Assembly: GCF_009914755.1 (NCBI RefSeq)
Contig: NC_060929.1
DNA: 64,000 nucleotides
Strand: one strand, 5' to 3'
Source: the human T2T-CHM13v2.0 reference genome, Homo sapiens
The notes under the pieces were generated by a model. That model made no database searches, had not been told where the DNA came from, and was given only the letters and a program-made list of their open reading frames with translations. The position numbers and the translations under genes are program-made. How positions within the stretch are numbered: position 1 is the first letter of the stretch; every line of letters begins with the position of its first letter. This document shows, piece by piece, positions 13,649 through 31,119 of the stretch.

Positions 13649-14483
13649 TGTGATGGCTAATATTAGGAGTCAGCTTGATAGGAGTGAGGGATACTTAAAA
13701 TGTCTGGTAAAGCATCGTTTCTGGGTGTGTCTGTGAGGATATTGCCAGGAGAGTCTGACGTGCTGAGGTAGGAGGCAGAACTTGACTCCATAACCGGGGC
13801 TCAGACACCAGACCAAAGTGAGGACTAGCTAAGACAGGAATGGGGCAGAAGCAGCTTTCCAAAAGACACGCCCACCAGTGTGCCATGTCAGTTTACCATT
13901 GCCCAGGCAACCCCTGGGAGTTACCACCTTTTTCCATGTCAATGACCCGATGTCCTAGAAGTTATTACCTGTTTCCTAAAAGTTCTTCATAAACTGCCCC
14001 TTAATCTGCATACAATTAAAAGTAGGTATAAATATGACTGCAGAACTGCCCTGAGCTGCTGCTGTCAGCACACTGTCTATGGGATAGCCGTGCTCTGCAG
14101 GTGCAGTCCTGGAGCTGTAACACTGCCTGAGCTATAACACTGCTGGAGCTGTAACACTGCCACTTCAATGAAACTGTTTGCTTCTACCATTGCAACCTTG
14201 AATTCTTTCCTGGGTGAAGCAAAGAACCCTCTCACACTAAGCCCCAACTTGGGGCTTGCCTGCCCTGCATGAATGTGAGTCAGTGGACTGGGAGAGGAAG
14301 ATCTGCTCTCAATGTGGCCAGGCACCATCCATCCAGCTGGAGGCTTGGCTTGAACAAAGCAGACAGAAGGGGGACATGTAGCTTGCTTGGCTTTCTTTCT
14401 TCCACTCTCTCTCCCTTCTAAAACAAGACACCTTCTTCTCCTCCTGTCCTCGAATGTCACAGTCCGGGTTCTCTGGCCTTTGG
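13649..14483 (+). mobile_element. MLT2 (ERVL) LTR, interrupted by a younger LTR
   Basis: tgtgatggctaatatt...tttctgggtgtgtctgtgagg; resumes at 14273 with tgagtcagtggactgggagaggaaga. Confidence 0.8.
13764..14272 (+). mobile_element. MER66-like ERV1 solo LTR
   Basis: tgaggtaggaggc...gaggactagctaa start; tataaa at ~14027; gcctgccctgcatga end; internal 3x gagctgtaacactgc tandem at 14111-14160. Confidence 0.75.
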
Positions 14484-15479
14484 TCACTACTGTAGAAGCA
14501 CTCATTATATCTTATTTTAACTGTTTATCTTCTCCTATCCCTCAACACCCTCAATAGAATATGAACTCCTTGAAGATGGTAGAAATAGGTTCTTATATTG
14601 CTGTAGTCCCAGTATTAATTCTGAACAAAGATAAACACATGACCCTTCGTGAATCCCCCAAAGTAAAGTCAATTTAGCCTATTTCTATCCCCCACCTCTG
14701 CCTGTGTAATTTTTCCAGGGGAATGGATATTCCAAAGATGGAATCTACTACTTCTTTAATCAATCTAGTGGCAGGAAAATATTGTTTTCTAATGGGGGAA
14801 AAATTGAATTTTCTTCTTTGGCGAGGAAGATAAGATGAGTTTGCTAAAAAGGGACATAGTTTAGAGAAAGAATAAGTGATTTTTCTTCATGGGATAGGAC
14901 TTAGCATATCAAGTAATAGGAGGCAAACCTCAGAACATGCTATAGCTTCTGAACCTGCTAATATTTAGCAGAAACATAACTTAAGAATTCTCTCAGCCCC
15001 TGGCTGGCTAGGCTGGGATGAGGCATCTGGAGGACCTTAAATTGGTCTCCTTGGACTGAGAGTGGCCTTTTCTGTTCAGCGTGTTTGAAATATTATCAAA
15101 TTCTATGTGAGTCACTACATGAAAAAGGAGAGGAAGTACTGAGAGATAAGGAAGTTCCCACGACTTTTAAGGCTGTTGCATGGGTTTGCATAGGCATCTG
15201 AGGCATTTGAGAAACTGAGCTCTGGGCTGGTGGTAAGAGTCAGGATTATGGACTCCAGCCTGGGCAGAGGCTATGGCCCCATGGAGCACACTTTTTCTCT
15301 GTACAGAAAGGAACTTCCTCTGTTAGTATGTGGCTCCCTTAGAGAGAGATCTTGCTGCAGTGTCTCCTGATGCCATCACAGCATGTTGGTGAATTTGCTT
15401 ATAAAGTGTCCCATCACTCTTAGTATAACTTCATAGGCCCTTATAAACCAAGATCCCTGATCCACAATTGCAAGGGCCC

Positions 15480-15780
15480 TCTGCAGAAAAGAGCTAACCT
15501 AGCAGGCTTGGGTTGCTCAAATGCTCCACATTTCCAAGAAAGGCCTGGCCAGATGATCTCCTGGGAGATGATCTCCGAGCCCTTGGAATATTCTACCTTA
15601 TAACCATGCTTTTGTATGCTTGAGGCTTTGGACCGAGAAGTATCAGTTTGATGAGATGGTTTATGTGACTTATGGTGAATACCTAGTCTTGCTCTGAAGG
15701 GCCACAGCCTGAGTAGCTGTGTGTCTATGTGACTAACCCCAAAGCTCAGGTGGGCTTCCCTGGTTGGCAACACTTTGTTT
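15480..15780 (+). mobile_element. MER77/MER68-like ERVL LTR fragment
   Basis: tgcagaaaagagctaacctagcaggc start; tatgtgactaacccc...gggcttccctggttggcaacact. Confidence 0.55.
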
Positions 15781-16417
15781 TGCTACATTTAAAGCTAACT
15801 TGACATAGCTGGAATTTTCTCCCAGGATCTTATTTCTTTCAGCTTTGGGGTTACAAATCCAGTTTCCTAGAGTTTCATTTTTATCCCTTACTTCAATGTT
15901 TAAAATCTTCCCTCCAAAGCCACCTAATCAGGCTGAGAGGTCTTGTCTTCCTTTGGTTCTGCCCAATCCCTTTTCATCAACCTTCTTTTCCTCAGGCCTT
16001 TCACCTGCTCAGGCATCGTGTGTGAGCCTGTAAGTCTCTTCTGATTAACTCGCCTCTGACCTATTAATGTGCTCAGTCATTCCTGCAGCAGTTCCATTGT
16101 CAAACCAGTGCTCCAAATGTATTATTTTTTCCTATTTCTGCCCTCAATGGAGTTCACTTATTTTCAACCCAGGGCCTTGATCTTGTTCTCAAGCTATTTG
16201 CTTTTCTGCCATCAAGAGGCAAACAAAAACTAACCACAACATTCTAAAAACCCAAATATATTTAAGAATAAAATTTATTTTTCTCCAAGACCATGGTTAC
16301 TTTATACTCAAAAGAAAATTCAGTACATCTTCATTGCAATAATATTTGGGCCAAAACATACCGTTATTTTCATCAAGACACTTTTGTTTTAGAGAGCCCA
16401 AAATCCTTCTCAGTAGC

Positions 16418-17539
<1,122 letters not shown>

Positions 17540-18102
17540 ATAACTGTAGCTCAGCCTATGTAACTGGAAAAAATCTAATGAGTAGACTGAGCTTTAGAGA
17601 CAGATGAATTTATGAGCTCAAAAATATCCACAGAACTCTGTGACTCCCCATCTTGATACCAGCTTGTTTGATTTGGCTTCATTACTCGGTCCTTCTGTAT
17701 GGTGGGAAAGGTGATCACCACAAGCTATCAGCTTACATAGGTTCAGTTAAGAGGTATATGTGTTGAGTGTTTGGGAGATGAACATGAAAATCCTGTTTTC
17801 AGCTCGATTCCTAGGGGAATGTGATTTCCTATCGAAGGAAGTTGAAAGCATTCATCTAATCACCACAGGGCTAGCTAGAAACAACAGATCTGGATCCCTG
17901 ATATTAGAGCTATAATTCTCCAAGAGGACAGGAGCTAGAAGAGTATAGAAAGTAGTACACATGTAGTGGGAAACAAAAAAGAACACAGATGTGTTATTGA
18001 AAGTGATCTATCTTGTTTACCTTCCACACAACCCAGGAAGAAAACGCTCATGGCAAGCAAATAGTCTCAGTTCTTACACTGATAGAACTGTGTGATCAAA
18101 GT

Positions 18103-18187
18103 AAACATATATATACATATATATATGTATATATATATGTTTAAGCATATATATATGAATACATATTTATGAATATATATATATATT
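18103..18187. repeat. (TA)n-rich simple repeat
   Basis: Direct reading. Confidence 0.9.
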
Positions 18188-19412
18188 TCAAGTTCAAAAT
18201 TAGGTTTATTTGACGTTAGTCATGACATTCATTATATTTTGAACTCTTTAAAGACAGGTGTGTACAGTAAGATATATTTTGGCTACACGTAACAGAAAAT
18301 ATAGAAAGCAAAGGGTAAGTATGTGTATTACCTCACATAGCTAAATACATGGTTGTGGGGTAATTCTAAGGCTGGAAAAGCAAATACATTTCCAAAGACA
18401 TCGATTCTATGTCTTCTTTAGCTCCCCAGAGTTTTGACTTCTTTTAGGCTTGTTCACTTAAAGGTCCTCAGATGGCTATTTCAGTTCCAGGTACCACATG
18501 CAGATAACAATGTCAAGACGAAGAAAAAGAAATAACCCCCTCATTTATCTCTTTTAGAAATGAGGACAATCTTTCCAGACTTTTTCATTGGCCAGAATCA
18601 TCCCACGTGATCACGCCTTGAGCAATGAATTGTTGTGGCAAAGACAGCCACTGATCAGCTAGGACCAATAAAGACTGTCCCCTGTAGCTATTTCTCTAGA
18701 CTCACATGAACACTCAAAATGGTGAACAAAAGCAGTTATCTGTCTGCAAGTAACATGGAGGAAATGTCTACTGGGTAAATGTCCAGCTGTGTCTTTCACA
18801 GAGAGGGAAAATATTTATATGCTTATCGTATGGTTCATGAGTAATAAAAAATTCTAAAACATTGGATTAGAGACACAAAGCAGCAGTAAGAATCTATCAA
18901 TGGTTATCTAGCATTTTTTAATGTTCTGAAAGAATTAATGTCTTTCTTTGCAATTAAATGACAAAGCCTTAGTTCTTTAAACAAATTCAAAAAACAAAAC
19001 ACAGATCAAAGAGGGCCTTGAAACAAGAAGTGAGCATGCCAGGAAAATGTGATGAAATAAAGAGTATGTAACATACAGAGGACGTGTACAGCAAAGATAT
19101 TATTGCCTTATGTGTTTTACCAAAGAATTAATACCAGGTCCACCAGGAGAATAAACTGCATATTAATGTCAGAATGTAGGTGTGAGGGTCTCTATGAAAG
19201 AAATTACAGTAAAATATATGCATTGCTCTCATGGCAGAGAATAGTATGGAGAACAGTGAGTGTGCATATGTGTGTGTGTGTGTATCTTTTTCCATCATTG
19301 GTAAGTATACTTAAGAAAACACCTGACCATAAGTGCAAGAAGCACAGATATGGAATCTTTTTCATTCACTGTCTTAATCTAGAGCTTAGTACAGTACCTG
19401 GCCCTTAGTAAC

Positions 19413-19639
19413 TGTGTGTGTGTGTGTGTGTATATGTGCGTGTGTGTGTATGTGTGTAAGATAGGTAGATAGATAGGGAGGGAGGGAGAAAGAGAGAGAG
19501 AGGGAGGGGAGAGAGAGAGGGAGGGGAGAGAGAGAGGGAGGGGAGAGGGGGAGAGAGAGAGGGAGGGGAGAGGGGGAGAAAGAGAGGGAGGTAGGGGGAG
19601 AAAGAGAGGGAGGTAGGGGGAGAGAGAGAGAGAGAGAGA
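19413..19639. repeat. (TG)n tract followed by ~175 bp GA-rich polypurine tract
   Basis: Direct reading. Confidence 0.95.
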
Positions 19640-20224
19640 TTGATTCTCTTGCCCAGAGTGGACAAAAACAGGAAAACAGGAAACATATTTCTGATGGGAA
19701 TGTTGTAACTTGTCCATGTAACAAATCAGTAAGGTAGATATTTTCAAGACTAACATTAATTTTTTCCATAACTGATAAATGAGTTTTCTCATTGTACATA
19801 GTTTTGGAATAAAGTTTAAGCATTATCTTCATTACAATGCTATAATTCTTAGATTTGTATTTTTGCATATCTCCCTGACTGGATTTTTCAGAGTAAAATT
19901 TATTTTGATAAAGAACCAAAAAGGCAATACCTTTAGTGTTACACTTGCTTCAGCAATTGTAGAACACCATTAGTTTCCATGTGTTACGCCTGAAAAATAT
20001 TCAATAAAAGTTAAGGTTACAAAAACCATAAAGCATATCTAAGTTCCAACTAATACAAGAAAATCAATGAAATTCCAAGCATGTCTGTGGCTGCATCCTG
20101 AATTCATCTCAGATCCCAAGCGATACAATACAAATGAAACGGAACACTTCACCCCATTCTACAAATTCCCTCTGCAGACTTTATAGCAAGATGAGTTATG
20201 GACCAGCTGACTCAAGCTCAGAGC

Positions 20225-20545
20225 TTCGTACCGCTCTTGTTTTGTTACATGTGACAGGTTGGGTCTTTGAGAGTCCGGACTAAATTACGGTTTTCTCTAG
20301 GTTTGAAGCAGCAAGCATTTTACATAGATCAGTCCTTCTTCGGGGAACGGGGGCGGGGCAGACTGTGAATCTTTTCAGGACCAGTAGCATCCTATCCTAC
20401 CAGACCCACGGCTGAGGCCACATGCCTGTTGACATGCTAGGCATGTTGCCCGCATCCATTCGATAAATGTTCTTTTGGCTCCCTTCCTCACAAGCTGAAT
20501 GCCGGGAAGTGACAGGTGCAAGTGTAGACCAGGCTGGCGCAGTAT
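20225..20545. promoter_or_regulatory. Candidate promoter/enhancer: local CpG cluster with GC box and ETS motif
   Basis: About 12 CpGs in ~320 bp of apparently non-repeat DNA; GGGGGCGGGGC at 20349-20359; CCGGGAAGTG at 20502-20511. Confidence 0.35.
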
Positions 20546-22377
20546 CTGACTGTTTGAACAACTGGGACTTTCTGTCTGACAGGATTTACCCAGTCATGAT
20601 GGATGGTGGCTAGAGAACAGGAAAGAGGAAGGGAAGCAGGAAAGGAAACTAACTGCATTACACCACGGGGATCTATAAAATGCTCACCTATGAAACAATA
20701 TGAGGAGCTCAATATCTGACAAGAGTTGAGGGAATTAAGAGTTATTTGATTACAGGTGCTCAACTGGCATTCATTTTCCTCTTATTATCTGAGAACCCTC
20801 CCTTGAGAGAAAGCACTAACCTTCAAAAGGAGCAGATGAATGGCTCTATTAAAAGCACTGTAGTTTGTTCATGGCTCTGTAGCATCTGACCATTTTATGA
20901 ACTCAGTGGAATTGTAAATAGGAAACAGAAGAGAGGAAATATCTTTCTGAAACAGTGTACAGATGACTTAATCTGTCTTCAGTGATTTGTAAGCCAAAAG
21001 AAGAATATTCACATGGAAAAAATGATGTAAAATCAAATCTGCTCCCACCCCTTAATCCCCCATCTTGAATATTTCTCTTAAAGGACAGATATTTCAATAC
21101 TATATGATGTCAAATTGGGATGGTTTCTTATTTTTTTAAAAAAAGATGCCTAAGTTAGATATGGTTAAATAATTGGCTGTTGATATTTTATATATATCTA
21201 GCACATATATATATCTATGGTTCATTTTAATCTTAGTTAAAAAGAAATCCATAGATCTTTTTTAGTATCTACTTTCAGAAACAATTTCTGCGATAGTAGC
21301 TGCTATGAAGGGAAAATACCGCATCTGAGGAAGTCATAAATAAAAAAATTCACTGAAATCTAATGAAGTCCATATGACATCAACTTTTTCTCCTCTAGTA
21401 TAAAGCAGGATGAGTAAAATTTATTTAAAACCACGTCTCCAAAATTAGGATTATCAGTACTGGTTATTTATTCTTTATTTAGAAAGAAGAGTAAATGTTT
21501 TATTGGTGTTATGGCTTGTTTAATAGCTTATTTCGGGTGTATCACTGAGGAATATATAATATTCATATCTCATCAACAGGAATAAGAACTTGGATATAAA
21601 TTTGTAACATACAGAAGAGTGCTAAAAGATTCAAGAAATTCAGGAATAATAATTCATGTCAGATAGAAATAATTTCTTAAGATCATTTATTCTTTTTGCT
21701 CATTTATTATTTGTATCAAACCTGAGTTAAGAGTAAAAATTAATATTTTAAATCCTGCTAACAGAAGTCTGAAAGGAAAGCTTCTCTCTTTTATCAAAAT
21801 ACATCAACTGTACATAAAGCATAAAATGTCATCTTAGTACATTAACTATAAAACTTGTTATACATGTGTACATTTATACACACCAAAATTAATACACTGA
21901 AATGTGGCAATTTTTTGTTTCAAAAAAATTCAGCTTAAGACTATTTGATAATTTTACTTCTCCAAAAACAACTTTTGAAACATCCTGAGACTTCCTCAGA
22001 ATATTCAATATTTTATTTAAAAATTCTGAAAACATCTAAAAGTCAAACTTAAATATTTTTGCTCAAAGAATGAGATATATCTGTAAAAATTAAGAGAATT
22101 CTTAGGTAGCTTACAAATAGGCTCTGAATACAATTTTGAAGCAGTGGCAATATCACTTCTTTTTTATTAAGTATATAATTTATGCTAATACATGAATTCC
22201 AAAAATAATTTCATCATTTAATAAAATCACACATTATGCAATAACTTTTAAATATTACTTGTCATACTTGTATGACACACCTGTATGAGTTTTCATGATG
22301 ACAAACATATCATCAAAACATATACAGTCAACCCTTTATAATTCAACTACTGTGAGATCAGAAAATAAGTACATAAT

Positions 22378-22508
22378 TATTTAATGCATTATGTCTCATA
22401 ATCTTAAAACTGTAAATGTCGTATTGTTTTTCTGAGCTACTTAAAAATTGATGACCTACCCTGGAAATTTACTGTAAACCAACAGGTGGTATTAGTGGTA
22501 GCTATATC
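22378..22508 (+). repeat. Left arm of ~131 bp inverted repeat
   Basis: 22396-22508 is the reverse complement of 25596-25708 (6 mismatches in 113 bp, no indels); 22378-22395 matches 27997-28014 (2 mismatches in 18 bp). Confidence 0.95.
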
Positions 22509-25500
22509 ATGTATAATATATATATCACACAATATATAGTCTATATTATATATTCTAAAATATATAGTCTATATATATTCTATAATATATAGTCTATATT
22601 ATATATTCTATAATATATAGTCTGTATTATATATTATATATATTATATATAATATAGTCTATATTATAATATATCATATTATATATATTATAGTCTACAT
22701 TATATCATCTATAATATATATAATATTATAGTCTATGTAATATATCATACATAATATATAACATTATAGTCTATATTATAATATATAATATATAATATAT
22801 AATATTATAGTCTATATTATAATATATTATGTATAATATATATCTTATAATCTATATTATATCATATATATTATAGTCTTACTATAATATATCTTATGTA
22901 ATATATATAATATTATAGTCTATATTATAATATATCATATAATATACATAAAATTATAGTCTATATTATAATATATCATATAATATACATAAAATTATAG
23001 TCTATATTATAATATATCATATAATATACATAAAATTATAGTCTATATTATAATATATCATATATAATATATATATTCTAGTCTACATAATATATACTAT
23101 ATTATATATAATATATATTTTATATATATTATATATAATATAGTATATATACTATATATATATTATATATATATTTTATATATATAGTATATATACTATA
23201 GTATATATACTATATATATATTATATATATATTTTATATATATAGTATATATACTATAGTATATATACTATATATATAATATATATATTTTATATATATA
23301 TTTTATATATATATTATATATACTATGGTATATATACCATATTATATATAATATATATATAAAATATATATTTAATATATATATTATATATAATATAGTA
23401 TATATACCATATTATATATAATATATTTTATATATATATTTTATATATATATTATATATAATATGGTATATATACCATATTATATATAATATATATATTT
23501 TATATATATATTATATATATTATATATAATATAGTATATATACCATATTATATATAATATATATATATTTTATATATATTATATATATTATATATAATAT
23601 GGTATATATACCATATTATATATAATACATATACATTTTATATATATAATATATAATATGGTATATATACCATATTATATATAATACATATACATTTTAT
23701 ATATATTATATATAATATGGTATATATACCATATTATATATAATACATATATATTTTATATATATATTATATATAATATGGTATATATACCATATTATAT
23801 ATAATACATATATATTTTATATATATAATATATATAATATGGTATATATACTATATTATATATAATATGGACTATAATAGTCCATATATTATATATAATA
23901 TATAATATATAGTCCATATTATATATATAATATATTATATATAATATGGACTATATATTATATATTATATATTATATATTATATATATCATTTATACTAT
24001 ATATTCTATATAATATATATTTATAATATATATTATTTATAATATATAGTATAAATAATACATATTAAATATAATATAGTCTATAATATATAGTCTGTAT
24101 TATAAAATATATATTATATATTATATATAATACATAATATGCATGATATACATGACATACATGATATATAATATATAGTATATTATATATACTATACATC
24201 ATATGATGTATAGTATATATTATATTATATATATATTATAGTATATATTATATATAATTTAATATATATTCTATTATATAATGTGTAATAGAATATATAT
24301 AATACTGGATATAATTTATTTATATTATATGAAATATTTATATATAATTGTAATATATAATTATAATTATTTATTATATCATATTATATATATTATATAA
24401 TTATAATTACATATTATATAATATATAATTATATATAATATATAATTATATATAATATATAATTATACAATAATATATTAGAAGTATATAATACATAATA
24501 TATTTTATATGATATATTATATAATTATATATATAATTACATATGATATATTATATTATATAATTACATATATTATATTATATAATTACATATGATATAT
24601 TCTATTATATAATTACATATGATATATTCTATTATATAATTACATATGATATATTCTATTATATAATTACATATGATATATTCTATTATATAATTACATA
24701 TGATATATTCTATTATATAATTACATATGATATATTATATTATATAATATATATGATATATAATATATATTATATAATTAAATATGATATATAATATATA
24801 TTATATAATTATTATGTATGATATATAATATCTTATATAATTATTACATGTTATATAATATATTATATAATTATTATATATGATATATAACATATATTAT
24901 ATAATTATTATATATGATATATAACATATATTTTATAATTATTATATATGATATATAATATATATTATATAATTATTACATATGATATATAATATATTAT
25001 ATTATATAATTATTATATATAACATATCATATATAATACATATAATATATTATATATTATATATTATATATTATATATACTATACATCATATATAATCTA
25101 ATATAGACTATATTATAATATATAATATATAATATAGACTATAATATATAACATATATTATAATATAGACTATATTATAATATGTAACATATTATAATAT
25201 AGACTATATTATAATATATAAGATATTATAATATGTTATATATAAGATAGTCTATTATATATTATATATTATAATATAGTCTATCTTATTATATATTATA
25301 TATTATAATATAGTCTATAATATGTTACATATTATAATATAGTCTATATTATAATATATGTTATATATTATAGTCTATATTATAGACTATATTATAATAT
25401 ATAACATATAAGATAGACTATAATATATATTATATATTATAATATAGTCTATATTATTATATTATATATTATATGTAATATATTATAATATAGACTATAT

Positions 25501-25595
25501 TATAATATATAATATGTAATATATATAATATAGACTATATTATAATATATATTATATATAATATATATACTATATATGATATGTATGTTATATAG
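22509..25595. repeat. ~3.1 kb AT-rich compound VNTR with nested palindromes (PATRR-like core)
   Basis: Almost exclusively A/T; sub-arrays with 41 bp, ~57-60 bp and 27 bp periods; tagtcta and tagacta motifs in opposite orientations. Confidence 0.95.
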
Positions 25596-27987
<2,392 letters not shown>

Positions 27988-28121
27988 AGATTATGAGACA
28001 TACTGCATCAAATAGCCTATATACTATGATATTGCATTAAAAACCTATGTACTATATATATAATATATACTCTATATATATAATGTTTTTTAACTACAAT
28101 TACTTCTAATAAAAGTTAACC

Positions 28122-28310
28122 AACATTTAGTGATTATCTACTACGTGCCAGGCACCAGAGAAGAGTTTTTCTCTCATTATCATATTGACTCCACACAATG
28201 TGACTATCATTATCTTCATTTTACAAGTAAGAAAACTGAGGCTTAAAGAACTTAAGGAACTTGCCCATAGGTCTCCCTCTTTGACAACCATAAAGGCCTT
28301 TGTCCTCACC
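28122..28310 (-). mobile_element. MIR SINE
   Basis: ctactacgtgccaggcac...cattttacaagtaagaaaactgaggct...aacttgccca. Confidence 0.75.
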
Positions 28311-29011
28311 TTACAACTAATGCTGCTTCATTCCTCATGCAAAACAAATGAACTTAATAATCTGTGACTGGTGTTTTGTTCTAAGAAAAGCCACACTAAG
28401 ATATACACCTTTATTTGAGGGATACATTTTCAATTTCTTTATTGCAAATGGGATGTTTAAAGCTTGCACATTTTCTGTGGGGGAAAAAAATCTCTGCTGA
28501 GAAAAAGCCAAATTTTGTGGTTTAAGATTATTATTAAAAATCCTAGAGACACTTGCTCACTAAACCTGTTTCAAATGAGGAAAATGAGTGATCTGTGGTC
28601 ATCACTGCCATTTAATTCTGACCTAGGAAACGTTACAAATGGGCCAGTAGACCCTTCTTAAAAGCAGTGACCTGTTTCAGGCAAAACTCTTAAATGTCCC
28701 CAACATCTAAAGAATCGGTGGCACAATAAGAGCTAGGTGACTTCCCATAAGCAGAGGGCTAAAACTAGGATAGAAATACCGGAATGTTACATAATATTGT
28801 TTTGAATGGCAAACAAAGTCTGGATATCCTGAAATGTCTTGCTTGTTGCTTCTTTAAAGAAAAGAAAATTCAACTTTGCTCCCAAATGACTTTTATAAAC
28901 ATCAAATAACTTGCCCTTTTTATCCACTTCCTAAGTGATGGTGCATGGATTCCAGCCCAGTTCTTCAGGATGACCACACACTTTGAATTAACCATATGAT
29001 AATAGGAAAAT

Positions 29012-29215
29012 GATATTTATTTAGTGTCTATTATGTGCTAAGCATTGCATTACATATTTTATGTACGTTATTGATATCTGTTTAAAAAACAAAACCTTAG
29101 GAAAGTTATCATAAATCACATTTTACAGAAAAGGAAGTTGAAGCTTAGAAGTTTAGAAAGTTAAGAAATTTTTCAGAGAAATTAAGAAAATTTTCAAGGT
29201 CACACAGCTAAAATA
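29012..29215 (-). mobile_element. MIR SINE
   Basis: atttatttagtgtctattatgtgctaagca...cattttacagaaaaggaa...caaggtcacacagct. Confidence 0.7.
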
Positions 29216-29789
29216 AGGAAGCCATATTATGGAGACATCACATAGGACAAAACAGACTACTATCTAGTTACCTGTAACTTTGGCTTTGCTCAACAACCCT
29301 CCAACCTTGGCACAATACTTACAGAATAAAAAACAAAATGAAAATTCATAGAAAATGAAAAACTAAAATAGCAGTACAATCTCAAAGCAATAAAACATTC
29401 AAGAGTATAGAAGTAAAAACCACAAATTAAGAATCATCAAAAGAATTTTTGAGAATGTCTCAATAAGAAAATTCAGGAAAATATAATACAAGATATCAAA
29501 CAATTGATAACATTATGATTACTCTAATATGTCTCTTCAAACATCTCAGGCAAAACTTTGAAGACTTAAACTTGGAACTTAGTTTTAGCTACACTTAAGA
29601 CTCTTGCACTGGGAGGAAAGAATGAGCTAGAGAATCAGTCAGGGTCATTACACAAACAGGCACATAGAGCAGATGTGCACAAAAATGTATGTATTCAGTT
29701 GTACTTTGCTTAAATATTTACTTGAAACATCTCAATTTAAGGATCAGTGAATAATTTACTTTCAGAATCAATACTATGGAAGAGACATT

Positions 29790-30157
29790 TACTGTTCACC
29801 AAATATCCATGTGCTCTCTAAGATTTCTAGTCATCTAGCAATTACATGACTCATGACCAGATTTAGCCAATAAGCTATGAGCAGAAAGGATGAGTGTCAC
29901 TCCTAAGTCAAAGCATGGAAGAGTAGGTGTTAGTTTCTAACATATTCTCTCCTTCTCCCATAGCCACTGGTAGAGTTCCAGATGGCAGAATCTCTTCAAT
30001 CAATCTGGGTTTCTCAGAGGAACCATATGGAACAGAGAACCTTCCACCAAGCTGCATTAAATATGTAGCGTGAGTGAGAAATAAATTTTTTAGTGTTAGG
30101 TGATTGACATTCTGGGGTGAATTTGTTATTGCAGCATAACTTAGTGTATTCTGACTC
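29790..30157 (+). mobile_element. Old MLT1 LTR
   Basis: gtgagtgagaaataaa...tttgttattgcagcataac...ctgact 3' end. Confidence 0.6.
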
Positions 30158-30444
30158 AGGCAAGAACTTTCACATTTACAGACCTCAGAGAATCAAGAGC
30201 CATCACTGCACTAGAAATATCTTCTGAATTATACTGATGCCCAATAAATTCCCAAACTGTCTGGCTAAAATTTTAATGGCTAAAATGTTTAAATGAACTG
30301 TATGCCAAAACTGAAGCTTTTCTTTATTGGCAGGTTCTGAATTACCAAAATCATCTAATAGGTACTTACTATTTGGGATCATAAAGACAGATTATATTAA
30401 TTCTGCTTAAGACATGTTGAGTGAGATATAGGACTTCTCTGAAG

Positions 30445-31060
30445 AGACTCATTTATGCAACAAATCCTGATTGAATACCTATGTGGGAAGCACTCATCTC
30501 AGTATTATAAATACAATGGTGATCAAAACCAGACATAGCCTCTATCCTCAGCCTAATGGTTGAGATACATAAAATAAATTACACAAATAAGTCTAAAGTC
30601 AAAACTGATAAAGAAGGTGAAGGCTATAGTCAAATTAGTATGCATGGCATCATTAGAGTTCTCCTGAAGAACTGAATATTAAGCAGAAATAAGAAAATAG
30701 TAAAAGAGGTACTTCACTGGGGTAGAGAAGTTATTTAAGTCAGAGGACACATAACATGTAAAGGATTGAGTTGGGAAGAAGCATGTTTGAGAAACTGGAA
30801 GGAAAGGAAGCTGCAGCAGAAAGAACTAGAAGACAACTTACGGAAGACAAAAAGCAGGTAGAGGCCTGATCTTACAAATCCTTGTAAAACACTTAAGAAT
30901 TTTATTCATTATCTTCAGGGCAATGGAAAAAAAACTGAAAAGCTTTAACTTGAAGGAGGACACTATCATCAGAAGTGTGTTTTTATATAATAAAAGATTA
31001 CTGATTATGGATTGAAAGAGACAGGAGTAGACACAAAAAGGAGCAGTTGGGACAGGACTG
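30445..31060 (-). mobile_element. LINE-2 fragment
   Basis: ctcatttatgcaacaaatcctgattgaatacctatgtg; cttgtaaaacacttaagaattttattc. Confidence 0.55.
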
Positions 31061-31119
31061 TTTCTGCGGCTAAGAGGCAACATTCAGGTCATATTGAATG
31101 TTTTATTTACTGGTTGCTC

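Noticed and set aside
18103-18142. ~40 bp near-perfect hairpin
   Set aside because: Largely expected from self-complementary (TA)n.
19379-19919. Ser/Pro/Leu-rich ORFs in three frames
   Set aside because: Translation of the GA/TG simple repeat, which lacks stop codons.
20418-20450. Three CATG cores resembling a p53 response element
   Set aside because: Spacing between cores (8 and 5 nt) and flanks do not fit the RRRCWWGYYY x2 consensus well.
22509-25595. CRISPR-like or coding repeat array
   Set aside because: No unique spacers and no cas genes; low-complexity eukaryotic VNTR.
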